From: a virus
Length of the DNA: 64,000 nucleotides
Strand: one strand, 5' to 3'
IMG/VR virus record: IMGVR_UViG_3300037258_000282
Coordinates: 1 to 64,000 of that record
Part shown: positions 55,620 through 64,000 of the stretch, piece by piece
Layout: each line of letters starts with the position of its first letter
Numbering within the stretch: position 1 is the stretch's first letter
Translations under genes and position numbers: made by a program
Notes under the pieces: model-generated
What the model was told of the DNA's origin: nothing
The model's input: only the letters and a program-made list of their open reading frames with translations
Databases searched by the model: none

Positions 55620-55991
55620 ATGATATCGATTTTGTCACTACTCACTAACAAGTTCGTCGGCTATGTGGTAACCTTTTTTCTGGTGTCCGGCCTACTAGTC
55701 AGTGGATATTTATACTGGAAGAGCACGGTAGAGGCTGGGGCGCTCGATAAGTTCAACCAGGCTCAGATGGCTCAGGTCGTAGCGGACAACGTTAAGCTAG
55801 CGGCTCAACTGAAGCAACTCCAGAGCGATCAAAATGCTATCGCTTCGACTCTCTCTGCAAAGAACTCTGATCTCGACGCTTCCATCAAGGCCAAGCTGAA
55901 GAACCTGAGCTCTGCCCCAAACGTTAAGGCCGATAAGCTCGCCTCCAAGATACTACGCGATCTAATCGCAAGTCTTCCTCCCACCAACTGA
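55620..55991 (+). CDS. putative inner-membrane spanin
   Basis: N-terminal TM + coiled coil; late-type promoter GATAAATA at 55579. Confidence 0.7.
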   Translation: MISILSLLTNKFVGYVVTFFLVSGLLVSGYLYWKSTVEAGALDKFNQAQMAQVVADNVKLAAQLKQLQSDQNAIASTLSAKNSDLDASIKAKLKNLSSAPNVKADKLASKILRDLIASLPPTN

Positions 55992-55998
55992 GGTATCC

Positions 55999-56283
55999 AT
56001 GTTCAACTTAGTTAAGTACCTGCCTATACTAGGGCTCCTTGGTCTAGGAGCCTGCGAGACCACTCAGGCTAACTTAATTGAGACCCAATTTAAGGTCGCC
56101 GTACCACCGGCAGTGATGTATGACTGCAAGGTAGCCAAGAGACCAGCCGATCCCCAGACTCTCACTGATATAGAAGTCGGAAAATATATAGTTCACCTCT
56201 ATCACAACAACGTCAAGTGCAAGCAGTCTATCGACGCTATTAAAGACTTCGAGACTAAGGCATCTCAAGACGTTGGTAAGTGA
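55999..56283 (+). CDS. putative outer-membrane spanin lipoprotein
   Basis: lipobox LGAC, Pro-rich, two further Cys. Confidence 0.75.
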   Translation: MFNLVKYLPILGLLGLGACETTQANLIETQFKVAVPPAVMYDCKVAKRPADPQTLTDIEVGKYIVHLYHNNVKCKQSIDAIKDFETKASQDVGK

Positions 56284-56285
56284 GA

Positions 56286-56642
56286 TCAGTCATACGCGGG
56301 AACAATATCATCGTTTCCCCGCGTATCTGATTCATTTTCCACCACTATATACTTAGCTTTTGGATTAAACATCGCGTAGGCGCCGAGTATCTTTCTAGCT
56401 CGGTGAAGCCTCTTTATCACGTCATTTAGAGTTTCATGACAGGCTAAGTCATTATGCCCGCTCTGCAGATCCACGAGAACTGCCTCGAGATTAGAGTCTA
56501 TAGCTCTATCCACGTGTATCATGACATTATTCCCAGACTCATCTGGAACGAAGTGAGTCTCAAGCTCTGGAAATAGAGCCGATCGAATTTTGTCTAGCTC
56601 GACGTTGGGTCTCTTCGATCGAAACCACCGCATCCATCTCAT
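56286..56642 (-). CDS. hypothetical protein
   Basis: operonic ORF. Confidence 0.6.
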   Translation of the reverse strand: MRWMRWFRSKRPNVELDKIRSALFPELETHFVPDESGNNVMIHVDRAIDSNLEAVLVDLQSGHNDLACHETLNDVIKRLHRARKILGAYAMFNPKAKYIVVENESDTRGNDDIVPAYD

Positions 56643-57046
56643 CTCTTCACTCTACCTATAGTGTACTTCGACTCGAGAATATAGTCCCTCTTCTCTGAGA
56701 AGGATATAACCTTAATCTGAGACATATCGGCGAGCGGAGAACTGATCTTCTTCAGAGACTGCTCTGGAATTTTAACCAATCCCCACTCTGCTAGAAGCCT
56801 AACTATTCTGTTGCGTCTGGCGATGTCGTCTTCAGTAAAGTTAGTCTCTCGATCGTCGAGAGCGAACATCTCCTTAAATGATACGATAAAGTACCTACCG
56901 CGGCGATGGAAGATGTGGCAGGACTGAAAGAGTTTCTTCTCTCGCCTAGAAAGAATACCTACTCGCGAGAGAGTCTCCTTGATCTTTAAGAAGTCTTCTG
57001 GATCTATCATAACCTCTACTAGAGACTCAAAAACTGTCTCATTCAT
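56639..57046 (-). CDS. regA: RegA translational repressor
   Basis: DFLKIKETLSRVG, LFQSCHI, FKE.FALD, RRN.I..LL.EWGL. Confidence 0.95.
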   Translation of the reverse strand: MNETVFESLVEVMIDPEDFLKIKETLSRVGILSRREKKLFQSCHIFHRRGRYFIVSFKEMFALDDRETNFTEDDIARRNRIVRLLAEWGLVKIPEQSLKKISSPLADMSQIKVISFSEKRDYILESKYTIGRVKR

Positions 57047-57416
57047 CTAACTCCAGCCTTTTCTTGATTATTTTCTTCTGCTCCGGAGTAAGTATCCTAC
57101 ACGCTTCGCGGGCTCTTACTGTACTATATTTATAGTACAGTCTAACTTGCTCCAAGTATGGCTCGAGTAAGCCCTCTTTCTTCTTAGCAAATCTTCTTCC
57201 GCGGGGAATGGAATTGAATAGATAGTCGTACTGAAGCTGATTGTCCAGTCCGTACCTCAGGTTCATCTCATTCGAGTATAGAACCGTGTCTGGAAACGCC
57301 GACAGAGATCTGTTCATGCGCCACGCGGAATATCCGGTAATGTCACCCACACGGTTCTTCGTGTGGATGGAGTTCTCAAACCGCCAGTCGTATTCATACC
57401 GACTCTCTGACATCAC
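57039..57416 (-). CDS. clamp loader small subunit (gp62)
   Basis: NRSLS.F.DTV...NEMN, QYDY, YYKYS...A. Confidence 0.88.
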   Translation of the reverse strand: MMSESRYEYDWRFENSIHTKNRVGDITGYSAWRMNRSLSAFPDTVLYSNEMNLRYGLDNQLQYDYLFNSIPRGRRFAKKKEGLLEPYLEQVRLYYKYSTVRAREACRILTPEQKKIIKKRLELDE

Positions 57417-57669
57417 GTCATTCTAATCAAGGCGTCAGTGATCGTAACACCTGGAGTCTCTTCATCACGCCATATGCCAGTGGAAGCGTCTCCACCCGCC
57501 CTGATAACGACCCAGTACCTGACTCTGTATGGAAGCAGCATATACGCGACGTACATGCAGAAGCTGTCCCATAACTCATCCAACTTAGAGACCACCTGCC
57601 AACTCATCTTTGAACCTCATGCAAAACCAGTTACTATAAATGGTCAATATCTTTCAAGCATTAAAAAAG

Positions 57670-58617
57670 CTAAAGCGGCGTGCACTCGACCATAACTTCC
57701 GTGATAAATGCCAAGAGATTGACCTCCTGGTCTGCGACGAAGGCCGATTGATACTGATACTTTGAGAGAGTGAGTATAAGCATAGGGATGGACGCCTGGG
57801 TGAAGTAAGTGGAGCACTGCTCGTAGAACTTCCTGTATATTCCCACGACGTCGTTATTCATGTTCTGGATCACCCACTGCCTGGCGCTGGAGTAATCCTT
57901 GTTCTTGATGTATATAATCAGCTCTGAGAATACCTCGTCCGTCATGCGAGCGAGTATTCCCGTGTCGATCGTGCCAGACGCTGAGTAAGTCTGGAGCTCA
58001 TTTAGCACTCTTCTCCAGTCTGGAAAATGCTTGGTGATGAGCTCTGCGACTATCGGCTTTTCAAACTTCACTCCCTCGTTGGATAGGATCGCGCAGGTCC
58101 TATGAAAGAAGGCCGACGCCATCTTTGCCTTCTCTTTGGAGTCGAAAGTAAACTCTACGAGAGAGCACCTCGAGTGAAGAGCTGGAATGATCTTATTCTT
58201 ATAGTTGCAGGTAAACATGAACCCGCAATTTCCAGAATACTCCTCCATAAAGTTTCGGAGAGCGGGCTGCGTTGAATTTGGATTGAGAAAGTCGGCCTCG
58301 TCGAGTATGACGTACTTCCTACCCCCGGTAAGTGACACTGAGGAAGCAAAGTTCGCGATCTGATTTCTCAGAGTGTCGATGTTTCCGTCGAGAGATCCAT
58401 TTATCACCATATAGTCTATGCCGAGCTGCTCGCACATAGCTCGCGCCGTGGTGGTCTTTCCTACTCCAGATGTACCCGCGAGGATCAGGTTCGGAATGGC
58501 CCCATTCTTGATGAACTCTCTAAACGACACTTTTATGCGATCTGGGAGTATGGTATCATCGATAGTCTGAGGTCTATACTTTTCTACCCAGAGAAATTCA
58601 TCAGGATTCGATTGCAT
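57670..58617 (-). CDS. clamp loader large subunit (gp44)
   Basis: LWVEKYRP, GVGKTT, LDEAD, SRC, FPDWRR. Confidence 0.95.
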   Translation of the reverse strand: MQSNPDEFLWVEKYRPQTIDDTILPDRIKVSFREFIKNGAIPNLILAGTSGVGKTTTARAMCEQLGIDYMVINGSLDGNIDTLRNQIANFASSVSLTGGRKYVILDEADFLNPNSTQPALRNFMEEYSGNCGFMFTCNYKNKIIPALHSRCSLVEFTFDSKEKAKMASAFFHRTCAILSNEGVKFEKPIVAELITKHFPDWRRVLNELQTYSASGTIDTGILARMTDEVFSELIIYIKNKDYSSARQWVIQNMNNDVVGIYRKFYEQCSTYFTQASIPMLILTLSKYQYQSAFVADQEVNLLAFITEVMVECTPL

Positions 58618-58809
58618 CGGGGTAAGTCCTTCTCAGATAATCACGATCCTGCTGAAGCATGCTCATGAGAGTGCCCATAGTATCATACTCTCGCCGATAC
58701 TGCTTACTGTCTCGAAGTTGGAAAAAACCGCGATATAGCGCGGCGATCGAATTTTCGATCAGTTCTTCGGTGGCGTCGGCTGGCTCTTCAGTAGTCATGA
58801 CAGGTCTCC

Positions 58810-59475
58810 TCAGGCGTACTGCGACTTTTCCTCAAGTGCGATATAATACTGAAGTTTTCTAGACTTAGACGTGAAGTGCGATATTCCCTCACAGATCGTC
58901 ACGTCGTATGCATCTGGAAGCATCTTCAGGTTATCGTACCTGAAGATAGCTCTGAACTTCTTTTGCGTCTCTCCGACCACTAGCGAAAAAGTGTCTCCAA
59001 ATGAGTTCTTAATGTCGAGAGCCGTAATAGTTACGGTGTTACCATCGCCTATTATCGCCAGGTCTGAAAGCCCCATCACGGCGTGAGCCTTGGCGATCGA
59101 CGGAAGGACATCCTCGTTAAGTGAGAACTTCACCACCGCGGGTGGAAGATTGAGGCCATCGGCTTCCGGTGGCATGGGCTTGACTCGTGGATCTCCGTAG
59201 ACGTAAGTCAGCGACCAGCTTTCGGCATCAGATATCTTTACAGTCTTATCTCCAAACTCTAGATCGGGATCAGACATGAGAGACATCGACGACAAAAACC
59301 TGTCGAGCTTCGAGATCGCAAAGGTCGTCGGAAAGTTCGTAGCCACCTCGGCTACTCCAAATATGCTTTTTGAAGCCGAAAGCGTCTTGAGAATTCGACC
59401 CTCTCTAATCAGAATCATGGGATTGATAGCAGCGAAATTCCTCAGTACTACCAGCGTATCTTGATCTATCTTCAT
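58810..59475 (-). CDS. sliding clamp (gp45)
   Basis: T..VL.NFA.IN, F.I..L..FL, NLKM....YDV, YYIALE. Confidence 0.92.
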   Translation of the reverse strand: MKIDQDTLVVLRNFAAINPMILIREGRILKTLSASKSIFGVAEVATNFPTTFAISKLDRFLSSMSLMSDPDLEFGDKTVKISDAESWSLTYVYGDPRVKPMPPEADGLNLPPAVVKFSLNEDVLPSIAKAHAVMGLSDLAIIGDGNTVTITALDIKNSFGDTFSLVVGETQKKFRAIFRYDNLKMLPDAYDVTICEGISHFTSKSRKLQYYIALEEKSQYA

Positions 59476-59487
59476 ATGTTTCTCGCT

Positions 59488-59530
59488 CTCTATGATATAT
59501 CGCGATATATCATAGAGTCTCTATGATATA
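59488..59530. repeat. overlapping palindromes in the gp45 leader
   Basis: perfect 30-bp palindrome 59488-59517 plus a second inverted repeat 59506-59530. Confidence 0.9.
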
Positions 59531-59534
59531 ACAT

Positions 59535-59563
59535 AATATATCACCAACCTACCGCGGTGTCAA
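59535..59563 (-). promoter_or_regulatory. sigma70-type promoter for the gp45 operon
   Basis: TTGACA-N17-TATATT with TG extension. Confidence 0.7.
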
Positions 59564-59564
59564 C

Positions 59565-60005
59565 TCACTTATTTCTAGAACTATATGCGGAGTTTATAAC
59601 TCCGGCGTGGATCGCCCAGGGCCACTTATCGTTGATTAGAGCGGCGGCATCGTCACCATCTAACTCTATCCTATCTGACATAGAGTGCTCTAGAAGTGAG
59701 ATGTAGTGCTCATACCTACTTGAGACATCCACTGGGGCTATAGTAGAGAAGAACTTATTATAGGCATCTTGTATATTATTTGCAGTTGCCGAGCCCTTCA
59801 AACTAGCCTTAGCTACCTTGATGAGTTTTTTCAAAAGTTCCTCGCGATCTTTGTAATACACATTGACGGCAGTATCATACTGCTCAGATCGTAAGGACTG
59901 ATGCTTCTTAAGTTGAAGCAACAGCACGTCCTTGTCATATATCGCCCGGATGTTTAAGTTTCCAGTATCTCGCGTTGAATCGATATGCATCGTGTTACAC
60001 TCCAT
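59565..60005 (-). CDS. hypothetical protein
   Basis: 146-aa ORF. Confidence 0.6.
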   Translation of the reverse strand: MECNTMHIDSTRDTGNLNIRAIYDKDVLLLQLKKHQSLRSEQYDTAVNVYYKDREELLKKLIKVAKASLKGSATANNIQDAYNKFFSTIAPVDVSSRYEHYISLLEHSMSDRIELDGDDAAALINDKWPWAIHAGVINSAYSSRNK

Positions 60006-60009
60006 TTCT

Positions 60010-61293
60010 TTAGATTATCTTACCATACGCGGCATGTCCAGCATCCCATAGTCTAGTATATCCTGCCGCGATCATGTTTTCAACTTCGGTCTTATCTTCA
60101 TCAAAATTAGGAAGAGAATTCTTTAACTTATGTTTTTGACATGAGTATCTCGACGCTCTATCCCCAGTAGTCGAGTTAAAGTATTGATAAGACGGACTAG
60201 TCTCTTTAATTAAAGAAAAACCCAGAGTTTCATATACCGCACCGGTGAAGAACCTCCTATCACAGTAGCTGATCATGCTACCAGACACTCTCTTAGAGAT
60301 CTCTGACATCATCTTAGCCGGACCACCAACCACAGTAGTTCCGATCGCACTAGCAAGTCTTAGAAGTTCTAGGTCAAATCTCTTATTAAACCTAGGTCTT
60401 CCAACCGTCATCACGGATACTAAACTTTTCTTATGGAGAAGTCCGACTGCTAGAGAGTGTCCCACACTTCCCTGTACGTGATTCTCCTCCAAAAAGTTAC
60501 TCGCCACTCTCTTGTCTAATACCTCTATCTCACACTCTCTAGCCCATATCCTAGAGTTACGCCCCAGTGATGAAGTGATAATAGACTTAATCTTATCAAA
60601 GTTTTCGTCTATCTCATAGTCATATGGCTGAAGTAGTCTTATTCCTAACTCTCTGCACTTAAAAAACTTATCTCTATGATAGAACTTAAATTCATCACCA
60701 GAGTGCCAGTAGGCCCCATTTACCTCTATAGCTAACTTATTCGACCCAACGTATATGTCCAACTCTTTTGGAGAGATTATAGTCCTATCGTTAGTAGAAT
60801 ACTCTACTCCAATTGACGAGAGTAGGTCTCTAATCTTTCTCTCATATCTAGACTCAACTCTACTCTTATCTAACTCTATCTCGTTGAGATGCATGTACCT
60901 CTCAATGCAAGTTCTCTTCACTCCCAGAACGGTTCCTATCTCGGAGCAAGATAGACCACTACCATGGTATAGCTCTTGAAGCTGAGACCTCGAGAAATTT
61001 TTCTTTCTAAGAGATGAATTGTGTGTCACTCCGTATCTCTCGAGTAAAGTTCTAGAGCTCTTCTCTCTTACGGCGTCGACCTCAAATGCCGACCTAAACC
61101 CATGCCTCGCCGCGGTAGTATTCATTCTCTGATGAGAGTTATTCCAACTCTCATCCCCATGGCGTCGGAGTGAGGTCTCCCTCCTCTTAGATATCGTATC
61201 AGGATGCCTCATTGAGCATGAGGTAGAGCAAAACTTACTTGAGGTTCTACCATTAAGCTCCACGTCGCACGTGAGGCATCGCTTAAGTGGCAA
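60010..61293 (-). CDS. homing-endonuclease-like protein (Zn finger + DUF559/Vsr-like nuclease + Mom/GNAT-like C-terminus)
   Basis: C..C...FCS.SC; ELDIY...AIEVNG.YWH; AR.C, NH.QG, EL.R, ISY.DRR, Y..LGF; visibly more AT-rich. Confidence 0.7.
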   Translation of the reverse strand: MPLKRCLTCDVELNGRTSSKFCSTSCSMRHPDTISKRRETSLRRHGDESWNNSHQRMNTTAARHGFRSAFEVDAVREKSSRTLLERYGVTHNSSLRKKNFSRSQLQELYHGSGLSCSEIGTVLGVKRTCIERYMHLNEIELDKSRVESRYERKIRDLLSSIGVEYSTNDRTIISPKELDIYVGSNKLAIEVNGAYWHSGDEFKFYHRDKFFKCRELGIRLLQPYDYEIDENFDKIKSIITSSLGRNSRIWARECEIEVLDKRVASNFLEENHVQGSVGHSLAVGLLHKKSLVSVMTVGRPRFNKRFDLELLRLASAIGTTVVGGPAKMMSEISKRVSGSMISYCDRRFFTGAVYETLGFSLIKETSPSYQYFNSTTGDRASRYSCQKHKLKNSLPNFDEDKTEVENMIAAGYTRLWDAGHAAYGKII

Positions 61294-62407
61294 GTCCCGC
61301 GCTCTTCTTGTTCTTCTTAGCCCTGCGAGCCAACTTCTCCTGCTGCTTTGATGGTACAGCCGCGGAGTCGATCTTGTCTGGAACCGGCAGCTTGTTCAGC
61401 TTCGATGGGTCGGCGGTAGCGGCGGCGCCGATCGCGGCCAGGTCAGCGAGAGAGCCACCGAAGATATACGTACCGACGTGACTCATCTGCATCCACGGGC
61501 AGAGCCAGGTCTTGAGCCCGATCGCGTGTGCTTTCTGACAAAACCAATAATCTTCAGACAGATATCTCTTCGTCGACGCCTCTCGTCGCATATTGAAGTT
61601 CTTTATCATGTCATATATGACTGAACCAACGGACGACTCAGGAGCATCCGAACCTACTGGAAATTGTAGATACTCTTCGATCTGATTCTTAAGTTCGAGA
61701 GGATCTGGAACGTCCATCTCGGCCTGAAAGAACTGCATGATAGGACGCGAGCCATCGAAGTGCTGAGTCCTAACGTGATCCGGCCTATAGAAGTACTGCG
61801 GATAGCTCTCGCAGAACTTATCCATGGCCTCGCGCTTCATCATCATGAAGCCAGTTCCGATCTCAAGTACTTCAGCGGGCTCCGAGATGAGTATATTTCC
61901 AGTTCCACCCTTGGGATTAAAGACGTAGTCACCCACGAACTTCTCTAGAGTCTGCGGGTCTTTATCTGCGAATCCCTTATCTACCGCGGTCTTGATCTTC
62001 TCCCAGGAGATACACTTCTTCGGGTATGGTCCTCCGACGATATCATAGTCATTGCCCTCCATATTCTGAAGAGCCATGAGGGCCAGAACGTCCTGCGGGT
62101 TGAAGCCGATATCGGCGTCGATGAACATCATGTGACCAAACGGGCGCTTCTCAACTTCAACACCCTCTTGGTTCTGGACGTTGATCGTCATGCGCATGAA
62201 CTCATCGCAGCAGTAGTTTCGCGCACGAGGAATAAGCGACTCGTTGAACAAGAAGTGAAACACCAGAGGTATGTTGTAGTGCTTAAACATCGCGGACATA
62301 TCGGCGCATGATTTAGCAAATATTCCAGAACACATTCCACCATACATAGGCGTGGATACGAACAGGCCTCTCTTCTGAAGCTTACTAATATCTAGAGGTA
62401 TCTGCAA
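61283..62407 (-). CDS. GT-A-fold glycosyltransferase-like protein
   Basis: TPMYGG, ESLI.RARN, FIDADI, GTGFM, YLSEDY.FC. Confidence 0.75.
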   Translation of the reverse strand: MQIPLDISKLQKRGLFVSTPMYGGMCSGIFAKSCADMSAMFKHYNIPLVFHFLFNESLIPRARNYCCDEFMRMTINVQNQEGVEVEKRPFGHMMFIDADIGFNPQDVLALMALQNMEGNDYDIVGGPYPKKCISWEKIKTAVDKGFADKDPQTLEKFVGDYVFNPKGGTGNILISEPAEVLEIGTGFMMMKREAMDKFCESYPQYFYRPDHVRTQHFDGSRPIMQFFQAEMDVPDPLELKNQIEEYLQFPVGSDAPESSVGSVIYDMIKNFNMRREASTKRYLSEDYWFCQKAHAIGLKTWLCPWMQMSHVGTYIFGGSLADLAAIGAAATADPSKLNKLPVPDKIDSAAVPSKQQEKLARRAKKNKKSAGLAT

Positions 62408-62410
62408 GGC

Positions 62411-62707
62411 TTACTTTACTCCCTTATTCTGGCTGAGCTCCATCGCGTGTAGAGCGAATAGTATGAAATGCATCGCCTTGAAGGCGTCTTTTCGAGCGGC
62501 CGCGTAATCGCCCTTTTTTCCCAATCTCCAGAGATACTTCATGGCAGTATCCCTCGAGCTAGTAACGGCAGATCCGAGAGCTATCCAGGCGTCCATGCAC
62601 TGAATCGCGTCTCCAGAACTATCTGTAGAATAATGCTCAGAATAAGTAGAGTCTACGATGGCCTTAAGCTGAGCTATCGTCTGATCTTCAGAGTACCTAT
62701 AGTTCAT
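62411..62707 (-). CDS. DUF3310-like protein
   Basis: HY, I.C.D, KY.WR.GKK, D..KA. Confidence 0.7.
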   Translation of the reverse strand: MNYRYSEDQTIAQLKAIVDSTYSEHYSTDSSGDAIQCMDAWIALGSAVTSSRDTAMKYLWRLGKKGDYAAARKDAFKAMHFILFALHAMELSQNKGVK

Positions 62708-63906
62708 AAAAATATCTCCAAGTTGGATTTTATATCATCCATATCATCAAGTGACTTACTCGCGTTATGCTGGAACACGTAACTTGAGTTGATCATGTTA
62801 CGACGACCCTCTAGATAAGCCCTCACTTCTAGAGCCATATCTCTCGCGGTACTCACCGGAACATTTTGACAGATATGATTCACTGACTTTTCTGGGTCGA
62901 GCAGTTCAAAATCCAATGGTAAGTTCATTATGGTCATCGCCTCGCGATAGCTGATGTACCTATCTTGGTGGGGATGAGTCAGCATAGTTGGATAGTGTCC
63001 CACGAAGGCGCCTATGTGCCCCTTAGGTACGATGGTTCCTCGCCTCATTATGGAACCACCGGCCTGGAGTTTCTCATGCCTCCGAAGGCACCTGTCGCGC
63101 TCCTTGGGATATCCATTAGATCCCATCCACTCGGCTATCTCTGGATACGCGTGAGTCTTCTCTATGAATGAGACGATATCGTTGTTTCGTATTTTTGCGG
63201 ATGGAACTAGGTTGAAGAACTCTAGATGAGATATACCACCGTACATGTGCTCCAGAACAAACCGATAGTATGGATCTCTAGATGGGATCTTCCCATTGAT
63301 AGGGGTTGTCTGAAAGTTTGATCTACCGGCGGAAAGTATGGTATCCTCGATCTTCTCATGCTCTCGACTGAAGTACGACAGCTCCGGGCAGCGATCGCCC
63401 TTCCAAAAGAAGAAGAAAGCTCGAGAGCGAACTTGCGGCATCCCATGTAGTATAGACTTGGTCGAGTATACGGACATCGCGTAGCCGGCATCGTGAGCTA
63501 TCGCCCGCATACGCTCTCTGATGTCTTTACCGATATTTCCCGCGAATCCCGGCGCGTTCTCTCCCCAGAATACCTCTGGACTCATCTCAGTCAAGACATA
63601 CTGAGTCGTCTTAATCAACCACTTGTTGTTTTGATTGCTAGTTCCATATCCATGAGACAACTGAGATAAACCGGCGCATGGACACACGCTTCCAACGACG
63701 TCGAGCTTACTCGGCTTACCCCCGTCATCTAGAACGACGTATGGTACTTTAGCTCCCAGATTTTTCTCATAGTAGTTGATGAGATGCCTGTCGTTACCAT
63801 AAAATGGCTTGAACGATATAAGCTCTTCGGATAGTCTTCCGAAAGCCATATCGGAGCCCAGCGTCAGCCCACCTATAAGAGGAATTATGGTGCCGTGCTT
63901 AATCAT
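62704..63906 (-). CDS. C5-cytosine DNA methyltransferase-like protein
   Basis: motif IV CPCAGLS, motif VI ENAP, motif VIII QVRSR, motifs IX-X HP..DRY...RE, QNVPV. Confidence 0.75.
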   Translation of the reverse strand: MIKHGTIIPLIGGLTLGSDMAFGRLSEELISFKPFYGNDRHLINYYEKNLGAKVPYVVLDDGGKPSKLDVVGSVCPCAGLSQLSHGYGTSNQNNKWLIKTTQYVLTEMSPEVFWGENAPGFAGNIGKDIRERMRAIAHDAGYAMSVYSTKSILHGMPQVRSRAFFFFWKGDRCPELSYFSREHEKIEDTILSAGRSNFQTTPINGKIPSRDPYYRFVLEHMYGGISHLEFFNLVPSAKIRNNDIVSFIEKTHAYPEIAEWMGSNGYPKERDRCLRRHEKLQAGGSIMRRGTIVPKGHIGAFVGHYPTMLTHPHQDRYISYREAMTIMNLPLDFELLDPEKSVNHICQNVPVSTARDMALEVRAYLEGRRNMINSSYVFQHNASKSLDDMDDIKSNLEIFL

Positions 63907-64000
63907 TAAAAAATGTACTCAAATCTGCCCTATCCATCACTTTGGAAAGATCCATTACTGTAGTTCTCTTCTTTCCCTCAAAGACCGAAAAGATCTTATC
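63899..64000 (-). CDS. 3' end of an upstream gene (partial)
   Basis: open frame ending ...ADLSTFFND*. Confidence 0.5.
   Translation of the reverse strand, partial: DKIFSVFEGKKRTTVMDLSKVMDRADLSTFFND

Noticed and set aside
14042-58617. Genome-wide TAG reassignment
   Set aside because: Conserved genes (phoH, gp44, thyX, a phosphoesterase) end at TAG at expected lengths, and other core genes are not fragmented.

Overview
A 64-kb segment of a large T4-like myovirus (tailed dsDNA phage) genome. The host is probably an alphaproteobacterium, judged from the tRNA-His type, and class II NrdJ and ThyX are compatible with that. The left ~16 kb (+ strand) is an accessory/early region. It holds five paralogous hexapeptide-repeat genes, several with their own sigma70-type promoter, non-coding tandem-repeat tracts, and an array of about 23 tRNA and tRNA-like genes mixed with phosphoesterases. 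The remainder (mostly - strand) carries the T4-type replication core (gp45, gp44, gp62, regA, split gp43, uvsX, gp41, gp61, rnh, phoH), nucleotide metabolism genes (nrdJ, thyX, glutaredoxin), a heptose-type sugar-nucleotide/glycosyltransferase cluster, an ExbB/TolQ-like membrane operon, spanins and a probable DNA-modification block. The strongest observations are these. (1) The second DNA polymerase subunit gene has an in-frame TAG next to catalytic motif B, flanked by identical Leu codons (CTC TAG CTC). Hopping from CTC to CTC restores the canonical sequence, which suggests programmed ribosomal stop-hopping/bypassing. (2) uvsX is split into two genes by a naturally split intein. (3) Several tRNA mimics are present (anticodon-less, D-arm-less, and one with an extended acceptor stem) along with an unassigned structured RNA. 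All annotations are by eye from sequence motifs. No database searches were run.
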